Source: Octopus vulgaris
Lineage: Eukaryota
Length of the DNA: 64,000 nucleotides
Assembly (NCBI GenBank): GCA_951406725.2
Contig: OX597823.1
Coordinates: 112,716,001 to 112,780,000, forward strand
Reading direction: 5' to 3'
Position 1 is the stretch's first letter; the number at the start of each line of letters is the position of its first letter. The notes under the pieces are model-generated. The model ran no database searches and was not told where the DNA came from. It saw nothing but the letters and a program-made list of their open reading frames with translations. A program made the position numbers and the translations under genes. Shown here piece after piece: positions 50,921-63,924 of this stretch.

Positions 50921-51600
50921 GGCGAACTGGTTGGATTGTCTGAGGACAAACATGGTTTGGCACAGGTCTACCTCAACATCACATCTTTTATCCAGATAGA
51001 GTTATCTAAGACTACATTAACCAATGTAACCCTTTGCAGAGTTCGAACTCCAAAATCAGAACCCGATAGAGCAAAACCAAGTGAAAATTTCTGCTCAGCG
51101 CATCCAAATTACCTTCAACTGTCAAATCTAATTCAATTGACAAAAATTTGAAATTTGTTGCCCATTGTTATCGTTGCATTAAACAAACACCTTAGCGCCT
51201 TGTCCAATCTTCTTATTCGTGGCGTTAGGCTATTGGAAATGCCATATTAAATAAGGCGTTGTGCCTAACTATCGAATTGGGAAAAAGTCCATAATGTTAG
51301 TTACATTCTTGGAAATGTTCACGTTAATCACAAGATACCTACAAACAATTCAGGGTAGCGAACCATCGAAAACAATGTATCTTAGCCCTCTCTACTCATA
51401 TGAAGAAAACCATTAGCCACATTGATTTCATCCACCTCAGAGAGCCAGCAAAAGCTATGGGCATAGCCCATTCTCCTGATTTAATCTGTGTTGAAAGGTC
51501 AACAAAGGGTTATGCCTAAAACTTCATCCTTCAGACCGGAACTAAACAAGCTGTCTGTTTTCTTCCCCACACAAATGCCTGAATTAATACGCATCTTACA

Positions 51601-51816
51601 TACGAGGCGGTATCAAAAATTTCCCGAACTAGTTCTCTAGCGCGCCAACAGATGGCAGCACATGGTTGCGTGCGCAAAGAGAGCCAGCAGTGACCTTCCT
51701 CGAGCAGTGTGCCGAGGGACATCGCTGTGTTTACTTCGCAAGTTGTGAAATTTGCGTCTTTTTGATCACGTATATGCTGTAGCTTGCGATTTTTATCATG
51801 GATAAGAAGTTAGAAC
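51601..51816 (+). mobile_element. Mariner 5' end (TIR, leader, start of transposase)
   Basis: tacgaggcggtatcaaaaatttcccgaact TIR-like start, cagatggcagcac motif, ATG gataagaagttagaa. Confidence 0.6.
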
Positions 51817-51824
51817 ACACACAA

Positions 51825-51919
<95 letters not shown>

Positions 51920-52519
51920 TGCTTACTAAACATTTGTGCAAGAGCATATGTTTAGTATGTAGTACTTTTTCTACGTTTTTATGTCTGAAAGTAACCTCTT
52001 CCCAAAATCTACGAATATATACACTCCTATGAATATACACTCCCATGAATTTATAGACATGCATATGTGTGTGTGTGTTGCGTGGCTTTATCTATCTATA
52101 CATATATACAATACATACATACATATATACATGCATACATACAGCGAGAGAGTGTGAGAGAGAAACGCACAAGAGAATAATTATGCATTATCCCAGAATT
52201 ATGAAGCAGAATCCTTAAGCCATTCTCAAATATTTCAACTCCACCAAACTCTTAGAGTAACTTATTAAATAGAAAATAAAAGAAGAAAAAAAATTCTTAA
52301 AGCCACTCTTTTGTGAAAAGTGAAATGCGGATAATTACTCCAACACACGTAAATAAACACACACATGCTCTCTCTCTCTCTCTCTCCACATACGCACGCT
52401 GACACTTGAACTGAGTCACGTGAAGGAGCGTGCATGTGTATTATTTTGTGTGTGCGCATGTATGTGTGCACACACATACACACACTAGCGCGCGTGAACT
52501 CACATATATACACACACAC

Positions 52520-52553
<34 letters not shown>

Positions 52554-52683
52554 TGATAGTAGAAACATAGTAATGATATATAGCTGTGTACATATTCTAT
52601 GTAGAGATATACTTATACATGTGCTCTACATTTATATATATATATATATATACATATATATACACACATATATATATATGTAT

Positions 52684-52730
<47 letters not shown>

Positions 52731-52797
52731 GTATGTTTATATATATTTATATATATATATCTGTGTATAAATATGTATATATATATATATCTATGTA

Positions 52798-52838
<41 letters not shown>

Positions 52839-52839
52839 G

Positions 52840-52872
<33 letters not shown>

Positions 52873-52883
52873 GCATATATATG

Positions 52884-52923
<40 letters not shown>

Positions 52924-52961
52924 TATGTACATACATATATATATATATATATGTATATATG

Positions 52962-53027
<66 letters not shown>

Positions 53028-53037
53028 CATATATATG

Positions 53038-53075
<38 letters not shown>

Positions 53076-53079
53076 TATG

Positions 53080-53129
<50 letters not shown>

Positions 53130-53362
53130 TACATATATATATATGCATATTTGTTTCTCCATTTCTCTCTCTCTTTCTCAGTACTCACATACACTCACAC
53201 TCATATACATACATACACGCATACACACACATATACATACATACATACATATATACATACACACATATATACACCTACACGTACTTTACACAGACATACA
53301 CATTATACAAAGGACTCATGTATGACCAAGTTCCAGTATCTTCTATAATTGCTTCGTTTCTT

Positions 53363-53674
53363 TACACACACACACATATAATGATACACATCCACCTAAG
53401 TACACATTCTTGTGTGTTGGTTAGGTACGCATATGTACGTGTGCATACACACACACATATACACACATGCACTAGCGTCTGCACACGCACGCATACATGC
53501 ACATATACACACATGGACAGGCTCATACACACACACACACACACATAATGATACACATCCACCTAAGTAGATGTTTTTGTGTATTGGTTAGGTGTGCACA
53601 TGTATGTATGCATACACACACATACGTACACGCATACATCAGCGCGTGCACACGCACACATACATGCACATGGT

Positions 53675-53700
<26 letters not shown>
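53363..53700. repeat. Tandem duplication with period about 167 bp in CA-rich DNA
   Basis: ataatgatacacatccacctaagta at 53378 and 53545. Confidence 0.85.
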
Positions 53701-53705
<5 letters not shown>

Positions 53706-54293
53706 TGACCTGACACACACTGACACACGCACCCTTTTAAATAGTTCTACCTCGCTCAATAGTCTCCTCCATAATTATTGCATTGCGTACGGAACAGTTC
53801 AAGTAGCAGAACATTGTATCTGCTACTTGCAGAGAAGTCTCCTACTTAAATTAGCGAACAAATATTTACCGTATAGAAAGAAAATATTCAAGAAGACACA
53901 CGCATACACATGCACGCACGCACACATACACACGCATGCACGCACACACGAGCGCGCACACACACAACGTACATACGTGCACACAGACGTTGGTAGATAA
54001 CTCAAATCAGTTGCTAATAGACACATTGATGTATACATCGACACGTATAAGATGTAGAATTATATATATGTATAAATGTGTGTGTGTGTATATGCATGTA
54101 TGACTATGTATGTCTGTTCATATGTATATATATACATACATATATTTACACATATATACATGCATACATATACATATATATATACACCCATATATATACA
54201 TATATATATATACATACATATATATATACATACATACACACATATATATATATATGCATACATACATATATATATATATAAATATAGATATAC

Positions 54294-54358
<65 letters not shown>

Positions 54359-54429
54359 TGCAAAAGACGAAGGCAGGTGTATAAACAACAAACAGGTGTA
54401 TTAGTTTGACGCTCGGGAAGGTGAGCAAG

Positions 54430-54467
54430 TCTTTTACGTTTCGAGCCTACGCTCTTCAACAGAAAGG
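54430..54467 (-). ncRNA. Minimal hammerhead-like motif (A6U core variant)
   Basis: RC: ccttt-CTGTTGA-a-gagc-gtag-gctc-GAAA-cg-TA-aaaga, in a TA-flanked remnant at 54360-54522. Confidence 0.62.
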
Positions 54468-54936
54468 AACACATGGAAATAAACAGAGAGAGAGAATAAA
54501 AAACCTCTTGGAGCTAGTGGTCATATATATATGTATATATGTGTGTGTGTGTGTGTGCGCGTGTGTGTGTGTGTGTGTGTATACGTACATATATATACAT
54601 ACATACATACATACATACATAAATACATACATACATGCACACATACATACATACTATTACATGTACTGATATACAGAGACAAAGGTCAAATGTTTGTATG
54701 TCTGCATATATGTATGTATGTATATTTGTATGTATGTATGCATGCATGTATGTATGTATGTATGTATGTATGTATGTATGTATGTATGTATGTATGTATG
54801 TATGTATGTATGTATGCAGGTATGTATGCTTGTATGTATACACACTTATAGCGTAATGTTCGTTTTTTTTTTGTTTTCTTTTTTGAATGATCAACAAAAA
54901 CGTACTCGTTTAATCTATTCAGGAGTAGTATGTGAG

Positions 54937-55045
54937 CTGAAGAAAGCTCGAGGGTATATCAGCCGAAACGTTGTGTTAGCAACAAGCAAGATGAGGACAA
55001 ATATCCGTCGAATGTAAATGATGTAAATAATGTAAATACTGTATA
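54937..55045 (+). mobile_element. 5'-truncated copy of the hammerhead-bearing SINE-like element
   Basis: CTGAAGA-aagctcgagggtatatcagcc-GAAA-cg-TT-gtgtt then the same (tgtaaataa)n tail as the 42862 copy. Confidence 0.7.
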
Positions 55046-55714
55046 CAAAGAATAAGTCCTTGGGTCGATTTCTTCGACTAAAGGACCCTTTGATGCGGTA
55101 CTCCAGCATAGCAGCAATCAAATGGCTGAAACAAGCAAAAGAATAGGGATCTGATAGACTCAACTGTAGAATATAGACAACCGTAAAACATTTTGCAAGC
55201 ATAGTTTGTAATCAATCTTTTGTGACGGGAATAGGATGAAAACCAGCCTCTCTCATAATAAAAGTTATCAATGGTATCATTGGAAAATGTATAAAAAAAG
55301 ATATGAAAACTCGTATTGGAATATCGATATCTGCATTCTGCTGCTGTTACTCTGAGATATCTGGGAGATATTTGCAAAGCATGCAGCAGAGAAATAGCCA
55401 ATCATAAGCAACTCAAGTGAATAACGACTCTTGAAGAAAGCATAACGGATTTACGTAGCAGAACAGGAAATTTAAATGCTGTTATGAAGTTAAGTTTATA
55501 GCGGTTGGTTGATAACACAACAACTCTTCCTAGGAAACTCAGAGAACTGTACACAGATTCTGTTCCGAATCTTGAGGGAAAATTAATAACCCTGAAATAC
55601 GAACTCAATTATCTATCTGTCGATGTCGCTGTTTCATTAGAAATTTGTTGTTAATACTAGAAGCTTGCAGATTTGTATGTGTATGGTTCAGGTTTTTTTT
55701 ATAGCCCAATCGAG

Positions 55715-56157
55715 GGATCTTTTCGGTTTGACCGGCAGTTTTTAAAAATAATTTCCACGTAACTAAACACTTTTAAACTTCGTATACTGGTAGGATGTGT
55801 TTATAAAACATCGTTTTCTCTTGGCTTTATTGAGAAAATCCTATAGCTTGTGAGATATTCGTTGTTTTTTTTTCTTCAATTTCTGCAATTTCAACTAATC
55901 AATGACGTCTATTGAGGTGAAAACATTCTGTGCCGTATGAATATGTCCCTCGTTTAAGAAACAGATTGGGTTTATTTACATTTCTGAAGAAAAAGGATAC
56001 TCTTTCCCACGCCCCTAACCCTAACACTAACCAACCCTAACTAACCCTAACCCTAAAACAGATTGAAATGCAATAGATCGATACTAGGGTCATAATTATG
56101 GGTGACAATTTCATATGACACCGCTAGAAAAAACTGCAGTTCAAACCGAACAGATCC
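55715..56157. mobile_element. MITE with GG..CC termini and 8-bp TSD (Merlin-like)
   Basis: TIRs ggatcttttcggtttgaccggcagttttt / aaaaactgcagttcaaaccgaacagatcc; TSD caatcgag at 55707-55714 and 56158-56165. Confidence 0.8.
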
Positions 56158-56281
56158 CAATCGAGTATCAGCGAAGGTGCGGCAGCCGCATGGTGGAATA
56201 TTTTCTTGCTGCAAGAGGAAAACCCTGCCTGCCGTATCACTTTTAAGTCTATCCTTGTTTACAGTTTCTTTGTATGATATG

Positions 56282-56654
56282 CTAGCAGTATCGCCCGGCG
56301 TTGCTCGGGTTTGTAAGGGAAATAACTATAAAGCATTTTTAGAGAGTTATAGCCAAAAAATAGAAAAAAAATGATGGTAAATTTTTTTTAGTTAAAAAGG
56401 TCGAGTTGCGTCCCCTAGACAGTCTGTGGTTTGTGTTTCTGATTCTCGACCCCATGTCGAATTTATCGATTTTTTTCAGAACTGGGGGAATTTTTCAAAA
56501 TTTTCGCTGCGTCAGTTTTGAATTATGACATTGGGCTATGTGTCTGTCAAGTTTCATCAGAATCGGTTGAAAGCCGTGGTCAGGGTGAGGGTACAACCTA
56601 ACAGACACACAGAAACACACACAGACAAACTGCCGTTTATATATAGAGAGAAGA
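56282..56654 (-). mobile_element. Non-autonomous Helitron
   Basis: Close copy of 37911-38292. Confidence 0.8.
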
Positions 56655-56867
56655 TTCCCATTGTGTCGGTTAGAAAATGACAATATCAACATGAAATTTA
56701 GCTTCACTTGGACTCACGACCGCTACTTTACATCTTGAAGGTTATTCTTTCGCAATCCAAGAGCAAGAGATAGTTACAAAATACCTTATGAACATGCAAG
56801 TCAGCGAAGTCCATAAAATCCCAAGATGCATCTGTAAGTGACGATTAGAGCACTTTTTTGTGGTTGA

Positions 56868-57101
56868 GAAGGCGGCGAGTTGGCGGAAACGTTAGCACGC
56901 CGGCGAAATGTGTAGCCGTATTTTGTCTGCCGTTACGTTCTGAGTTCAAATTCCGCCGAGGTCGACTTTGCCTTTCATCCTTTCGGGGTCGATAAATTAA
57001 GTACCAGTTACGCACTGGGGTCGATGTAACCGACGTAAGCCCTTTGTCTGTCCTTGTTTGTCCCCTCTGTGTTTAGCCCCCTGTGGGCAATAAAGAAATA
57101 A
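56868..57101 (+). mobile_element. Family A SINE
   Basis: gaaggcggcgagttggcggaaacgttagcacgcc..aataaagaaata. Confidence 0.9.
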
Positions 57102-57594
57102 ATACAATCAATAAAGGCTTCAATTTGCGCAGTGTCCGAGCCAGTATGATGTGCTCCACTCTCACCAATTTTAAAGTGTCTTGGGTCGGGTTTCGAATTA
57201 TATACTTTCTACAGCTGTTCTAACGGCTGCAGATTCAGAAGAACACATTATACGGCACCTGTATATTTGCTAAATATGTCAAAACCTGCTCATGTGCTAA
57301 AACTTCCAACAGACATTTTCCTTGCATGTCATATTATACTATATCCACCTTACTGTTTCCATTAATTGTATTGCATGAGCATCTTTTCATACTAAGGCAA
57401 CACAATCAATAATGTTCAAATGCTTGCGCTGTGTTGTGAAACTACTTTACGAAATTTTCTGTTAACTTGGTTTTACAAGGGAACAGCACACAGCTTAAAC
57501 AATATCCAATTATCCAGCAAAACCTCGTTATACATGCATACATACATACATGTATACTTACATGACTAAGATGTTTGCTGTTGTCAAATTTTCA

Positions 57595-57958
57595 GGTATT
57601 TCGTCTGTCGTTGCGTTCTGAGTTCAATTTCCACAGAGGTCGACTTTGCCTTTCATCCTTTCGGGGTCGATAAATAAAGTACCAGTTTCGCACTGGCGTC
57701 GATGTAACCAGCTTAATCCCTTTGTCTGTCCTTGTTTATCCCCTCTATGTTTAGCCCCTTGTGGGTTGTAAAGAAATAGGCATTTCATCTGCCGTTACAT
57801 TCTGAGTTCAAATTCCACCGAGGTCGACTTTGCCTTTCATCCTTTTGGGGTCGATAAATAAAGTACCAGTTACGCACTGGCGTCGATGTAACCAACTTAA
57901 TCTCTTTGTCCTTGTTTGTCCCCTCTATGTTTAGCCCCTTGTGGGTTGTAAAGAAATA
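57595..57958 (+). mobile_element. Family A SINE headless dimer
   Basis: Both units start at gg(t/c)atttc(g/a)tctg; flanked by ttgtcaaattttca direct repeats (57581 and 57961). Confidence 0.85.
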
Positions 57959-58230
57959 TATTGTCAAATTTTCAATGAAAGAATCTCCTTCTCAGGCAAG
58001 ACATTAAAAAAATTTGAAAAAGATAAAACCTTCATGATCCTGCTGATATGAACGTCTCTTCCAAAATAAGTGTAACAGCAGAAAATAAAGGACAACTGCT
58101 TCGATATCTGAAGCTCTACTACCCTAGAAATTCATATTTCTGCCAAATTTATCGATGCTTTTTGTTATGCTATTAAATGTGACAAAGTGGATTTTACGGC
58201 AAGATAACAGAACGGCTAACACGCAGATTA

Positions 58231-58630
58231 CATCATCATCATCATTGTTCGACCGTGGTCGAGACAGTGGAATTTACCATGCTACGCCAGACTTCACGGT
58301 CCATCATGGCATTACGGAGGTCCTGGTGCTGGATGCCTGTATCCCTGGAGATTACATCAGGGTAGGAGAGTGTGCGCCCTCTGGCTGGAATCGCGAGTAG
58401 ATGGCTTCCAGAGGAGAAGAGTAGAAATTGCCTCGTTTTCAGCTCTACAACAATGTCCAATGAACTGGACTCTTCTACCTTTCACAAGAGATGATGCAGG
58501 TAGTAATTTCCCATATATTTGTGTTTTGGTTGGATGGTGCCTCCACGAGAGATTTTGTAAGCTTCTTTGATAACGTCCAGGTTTCTGAGCCATATAGTTG
58601 AATTGGTTCGACTGTGGCTTTGAAGATTAC
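58231..58630 (-). mobile_element. 5'-truncated RTE LINE (same family as 12582)
   Basis: IFKATVEPIQLYGSETWTLSKKL..RRVQFIGHC..; (CAT)n tail at left. Confidence 0.88.
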
Positions 58631-59088
58631 AGAGAGGGAGGTAGGACAAATTTGTATATCTTTTATAAATTTCATCATGTAAGTTATCGTTTTTGTAATT
58701 CAAATTCCAGCAAAGGATCATTTGTTTCTTTGTTAGAGACCAGCTCCTTTTAGAATGAATTCTAATAAATAATTGGTGACACACACACACATTAATATTA
58801 TATATAGGCTGACATATATTCACGTAAGCATCCGTTTATTTCATAACTAATATTCTGCATATACCGGGATTTAAACAATTAAAAAAATCAACATATTATT
58901 GCTGTTTTAGTATTAAAATAGATTGTCAAATTGTTAAATGGATATGCATTTTAAATCATATATATTTACTGTAGCTCTAATCCAATGCATTAAGTTCGAA
59001 TATATAAAATAAAACAATTTTCAATGCAGCTTTAGTGTCAATATATACTCACCGATGATTAATGAATATACATCGGAATCCAACGCGC

Positions 59089-59135
<47 letters not shown>

Positions 59136-59291
59136 TTTAGCACTTCCCTGTATGTAATTATAAATACATTTACTTATAAATAAACCCCTGCTTATTATAT
59201 ATATATAAACCCCTGGAATTATATAAGATATTTCATGATCAATTTTTATCAATATACTTTGACAGATGATTAAATTGGATTGCAGCTAAAC

Positions 59292-59323
<32 letters not shown>

Positions 59324-59558
59324 CTTACGTTGACTCTTCCTTATATAAAATTTAAGTATACCTCCCACGTACGATGACTAAATTGCTCACATATACTTAA
59401 AGCCGAATGAAACAACGACAGTTTCATTCAAACGTTTTATGGCAGCAACACTAATTTTTCCTTACAATACCAGGCAGCAACTTCCGGTGTCATCGCATTT
59501 GCAAATTGGTTGATGTAATGCTACTGGAGATTTCTGAGGCGAAAGACTAGGTATACCC

Positions 59559-59560
<2 letters not shown>

Positions 59561-59615
<55 letters not shown>

Positions 59616-59668
59616 CACACACATATATATATACATACATACACACACACATATATATATATATACAT

Positions 59669-59724
<56 letters not shown>

Positions 59725-59815
59725 ATATGTATGTATATATGTATGTATATATATGTATATATGTATGTATGTATATATATGTATGTATGTAAGTATGTAT
59801 GTATGTATGTATGTA

Positions 59816-59846
<31 letters not shown>

Positions 59847-59949
59847 ATATATATATATATGTATGTATGTATGTATATATATATATGTATGTATGTATGT
59901 ATGCATATATATATATGTATGTATGTGTGTATATATATATGTATGTATG

Positions 59950-59983
<34 letters not shown>

Positions 59984-59987
59984 TGTA

Positions 59988-60038
<51 letters not shown>

Positions 60039-60050
60039 ATATATATATAA
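59561..60050. repeat. (TA)n/(TATG)n compound microsatellite
   Basis: Direct reading. Comparable tracts at 21215-21640, 22925-23430, 35415-35640, 39746-40281, 52630-53150 and 54060-54360. Confidence 0.95.
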
Positions 60051-60775
60051 AGTAAATCAGATGAGAGACGCAAAGTCAAATATTTTGTGTACGAGTTTGA
60101 AGTGTTCTCATGTCTGTGTAATATAAACGATTTGTTAAGAGCTGTCTCTTTCTCTTTGTGCGTGTGTGTATGAGCGTGTGAGATTGAGAGAGGGATGAAG
60201 AGAGAGAGAGAGAGAAAGAAGCAGAGAGAGAGAACATATATTTATAAAACATACATATCACATACTCACGCATGTACGCGTATGCACCTAACTATGCATT
60301 TATCAGGTTGTCGGATAGATTCGTTCATTTCTTTCCTAAGCTAACCGAATTAACACGAAAAATATTTTTATCGCAGTGTCTTATATTTTTTGTATTCCCT
60401 CTTCTTTCTCTATAACTTCTGTTTACTGTTTTTTGAAATTTCTATAATTTTTCCCTCTATTTAAACATACGTCGATTGAATGTCAAGTTGAGAAACTTAT
60501 GCATTTCAACACCTTCCTCTCTTCGCTTTCAGTCAAGGTTCCAAGCTACCAAGAACGCTTGAGATGTTTGAATTGTGCAGAGAGTAGGCGCTATTACAGA
60601 AATACCTGCATAGAAATAGGTTTCATGCTTCAAGGAAGGGGAATTCAATCTCACCGACTCACCGCGTTCCAGCCGACCAGTTTTCTTCAATAAGAATCGA
60701 CTGAAAGAGTTTATCCACTAAAATCCGTGCCAGCCACCTATAAACCGGCTCAGCAAATGAAATGTTCTGACGATA

Positions 60776-61193
60776 CCTATTTCTTTACTACCCACAAGGA
60801 GCTAAACACAGAGACGACAAACAAGGACAGACAAAGGAATTAAGTCGATTACATCGACCCCAGTGCGTAACTGGTACTTAATTTATCGACCCCGAAAGGA
60901 TGAAAGGCAAAGTCGACCTCGGCGGAATTTGAACTCAGAACGTAACGGCAGACGAAATACCTATTTCTTTACTATCCACAAGGGGCTGAACGCAGAGAGG
61001 ACAAACAAGGACAGACAAAAGGGATTAAGTCGATTACATCGACCCCAGTGCGTAACTGGTACTTAATTTATCGACCCCGAAAGGAATGAAAGGCAAAGTC
61101 GACTTCGGCGGAATTTGAACTCAGAACGTAACGGCAGACGAAATACCGCTAAGCATTTCGCCCGGCGTGCTAACGATTCTGCCAGCTCGCCGC
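60776..61193 (-). mobile_element. Family A SINE head-to-tail dimer
   Basis: Junction gaaatacctatttctttacta identical to the 48837 dimer. Confidence 0.9.
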
Positions 61194-61289
61194 CCTAAGA
61201 TGCTATCATGATACCGTCGGGCGTCATCTTCACTACATGGGTGAAGTCCAAAAATGACAGCGCTCTCTCTCTACTGCTTATTTGACCAA

Positions 61290-61545
61290 AAATCCTATTC
61301 AAGTTTTCGGTTGGCCAGTTCTTCTACACCTAGATTTTCCTAATATAGCAATTTTGTGTTATTACCTTTTACAATTGTTACCCAAAAGTCTGCGAGAAAT
61401 TTCGTTCGACAATGACATGGAGTTGAAAATGTGGCTCGATGAATTTTTCGAGTCAAGACCCGATGATTTCTATCATCGGGTCTCCACACAAGCTGGTGGA
61501 ACGTTGGCAAAACGCCGTGGATAATGAAAGAGAACATGTAATATA
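61290..61545 (+). mobile_element. Decayed mariner transposase C-terminus
   Basis: FGWPVLLH..SFDNDMELKMWLDEFFESRPDDFYHR / KLVERWQNAVDNE matches the region after the mariner YSPDLAP motif. Confidence 0.7.
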
Positions 61546-61554
61546 TTATTAAAT

Positions 61555-61974
61555 GAAGTGGCTGTGTGGTAAGTAGCTTGCTTACCAACCACATGGTTCT
61601 GGGTTCAGTCCCACTGCGTGGCACCCTGGGCAAATGTCTTCTACTATAGCCTTGTGAGTAGATTTGGTAGACGGAAACTGAAAGAAGCCCGTCGTATATA
61701 TGTATATATATATTCTACCAATTATATACGTTTTTATTATTATTTTGTTTTTGCAATTTACTTAATCATCGGTATTTTATTGTTATTTTAATTTTAATAT
61801 TTCTATTATATGTAATTTTCTAGATGGTGTAATTTAATTGTTCATTTTGAATTGATAAAAGGTGTTTTTTTCTAATTTTTATATATATATATTATATTGT
61901 GTGAAATTTGATTTAGTATTTCTAAATTGAATTTTTCCCTGTAAGTTAGGATTAATATTCCCTCAAATAATAAT

Positions 61975-62019
<45 letters not shown>

Positions 62020-62375
62020 TTAAAAAAGGAGATGTGGAACACGAGTTGTGATATATAAAAAAAGGAAATGAAGAAAATGCTGACAAAATAATTTAAGTAA
62101 GGGAGAGTGTATTCAATTAGGTGAAAGTTCTTTTTACCGGTTGCGCATTTGTTATGCTTATCGAAAGATATTTTTAAAGAGAGATAGAGTTCCTTTCTGA
62201 TAGATTTTTTTCTCTTATCAGATAAGAGAAAAAAATCTATCAGAAAGGAACTCTATCTCTCTTTAAAAATATCTTTCGATAAGCATAACAAATGCGCAAC
62301 CGGTAAAAAGAACTTTCACCTAATTGAATACACTCTCCCTTACTTAAATTATTTTGTCAGCATTTTCTTCATTTC

Positions 62376-62425
<50 letters not shown>

Positions 62426-62632
62426 GTATGTATGTGTATGTGTTTGTCCCCCCCCCCCAACATCACTTGACAACCGATGCTGGTGTGTTTACGTCCCCGT
62501 AACTTAGCGGTTCGGCAAAAGAGACCGATAGAATAAGTACTAGGCTTACAAAGAATAAGTCCTGGGCTCGATTTGCTCGACTAAAAGGCGGTGCTCCAGC
62601 ATGGCCACAGTCAAATGGCTGAAACAACTAAA
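61555..62632 (+). mobile_element. Family B SINE split by AT-rich insertions in its internal (TA)n
   Basis: Head 61555-61700, tail 62430-62632. Confidence 0.8.
62065..62375. repeat. Perfect palindrome, 155-bp arms, 1-nt centre
   Basis: 62065-62219 is the reverse complement of 62221-62375; centre ctcttatc-a-gataagag. Confidence 0.97.
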
Positions 62633-62649
62633 GTTGATAAACAGGCTGT

Positions 62650-63924
62650 TTGAATTTATTGGTGATCCCTGATGTCACCCGTCCCCGTCCCATGGTTGGA
62701 TCAGAGGTGAATCCGAGAGCGCATGCAAGCCCCATCTCAGCATCAACTTCAATCCCTTCAGTTTCATCGACGTTATTGTAGGTATCCTTCTTCCCGCATC
62801 TTCAACTTCAACCCTTCCATATCCAATGTGTCCCCTGTTGCTATGCTGCTAGAATCACACCGTACAATTCCTTCTTTTATTTCGAGGATGTACCAACTTC
62901 CCTCCACTCGTTCTTCCTCTCTCATTCTCTCCAGAACGGATCGCATCATAACAATTGTCCTCTCACTCATTTTGTCACACCAGCTTACTCCAGCTCGCCT
63001 CCTGATGTAGCTGCCTACCGTTCAGAGCCATTCTGCAGCGGTGTAATGGTCAACTAGTTCCCTACTTATGGAGAATAGCTCTCGCTTAATCTTTCCTCGC
63101 TCAAGTTCGGAATATCATTTCATATCCGAAACATAATACTCCCTGCTTTGTCTCTTTCGAGCTTATGTTCCAGTGCGGTAGCTCCTTCTATAGATTCCGG
63201 TAGTCTCGTGGTCAACTCGAACCTCTTCAGATGTCCCTCAGTTTCTTCCCTTCGCGGTTTCTTCTACCAGAATATCATCACTGCAGGAGCCAGTAGCCTG
63301 CTTCAATGTGGTCAATTTACCCAAGATTGCGCTGAACACTTTTGCCATGATTTTTGGTGTTGAATTCAAACCGAATTTCAGCCGTGTCACAAAATATGTC
63401 TTAATACACAGCTGTTCACAATTTCTCAGCCACATGGAGCTACAGATATGCCGATTTGAGACCGACGATCATAGTCGCTCTTGTCCTCTGCCTCCACCCC
63501 TGAAAAGATCTCACCGCAAACAACACCCACTTCGGTACCCGTATAACATGACACGTGCTTATTCAATACTCGAAAGTCTTGTACTGGCCGGACTTTATTA
63601 TTATTATTTTTTCGTCGGCTGAGCTACTGCCACCATCGGTAATAACCTCTCTTCACTTTCTCTTTCCGCAACCATTAAATACCTTTCTCAATCCACCGGC
63701 CCACCTCTCTCTCCACCACATTCATAGCTTCTTCTATTAAAGTGTGCTCGTAGCAGCTCCCCTTGTTTCTCAATAGCAGAGGTCCTTCCTTTCAAAAGTA
63801 CGTCACTTTCCATCGCTCGCCGACAAACTCAGCCTAAAAGTCAGAGTCTTCAGTTCTGTCTGTTTACAGTTTTTTCTTTCCTCGGAGTTCGACCTGTCAT
63901 TCTTACAGCCTTCTTCATCCGATA
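62650..63924 (-). mobile_element. Decayed Gypsy-type LTR retrotransposon pol (RT and RNase H)
   Basis: - strand IVGLKSAYL*LHV, TRLKFGLNSTPKIM..CSDDILV (RT motifs) and GIVRCDSSSIATG (RNase H DAS-like motif), with frameshifts and stops. Confidence 0.75.

Noticed and set aside
55300-55660. Protein-like stretch on + (GDICKACSREIANHKQLK*ITTLEESITDL..)
   Set aside because: Interrupted by stops with no recognisable family; possibly an old TE or pseudogene but not supportable.
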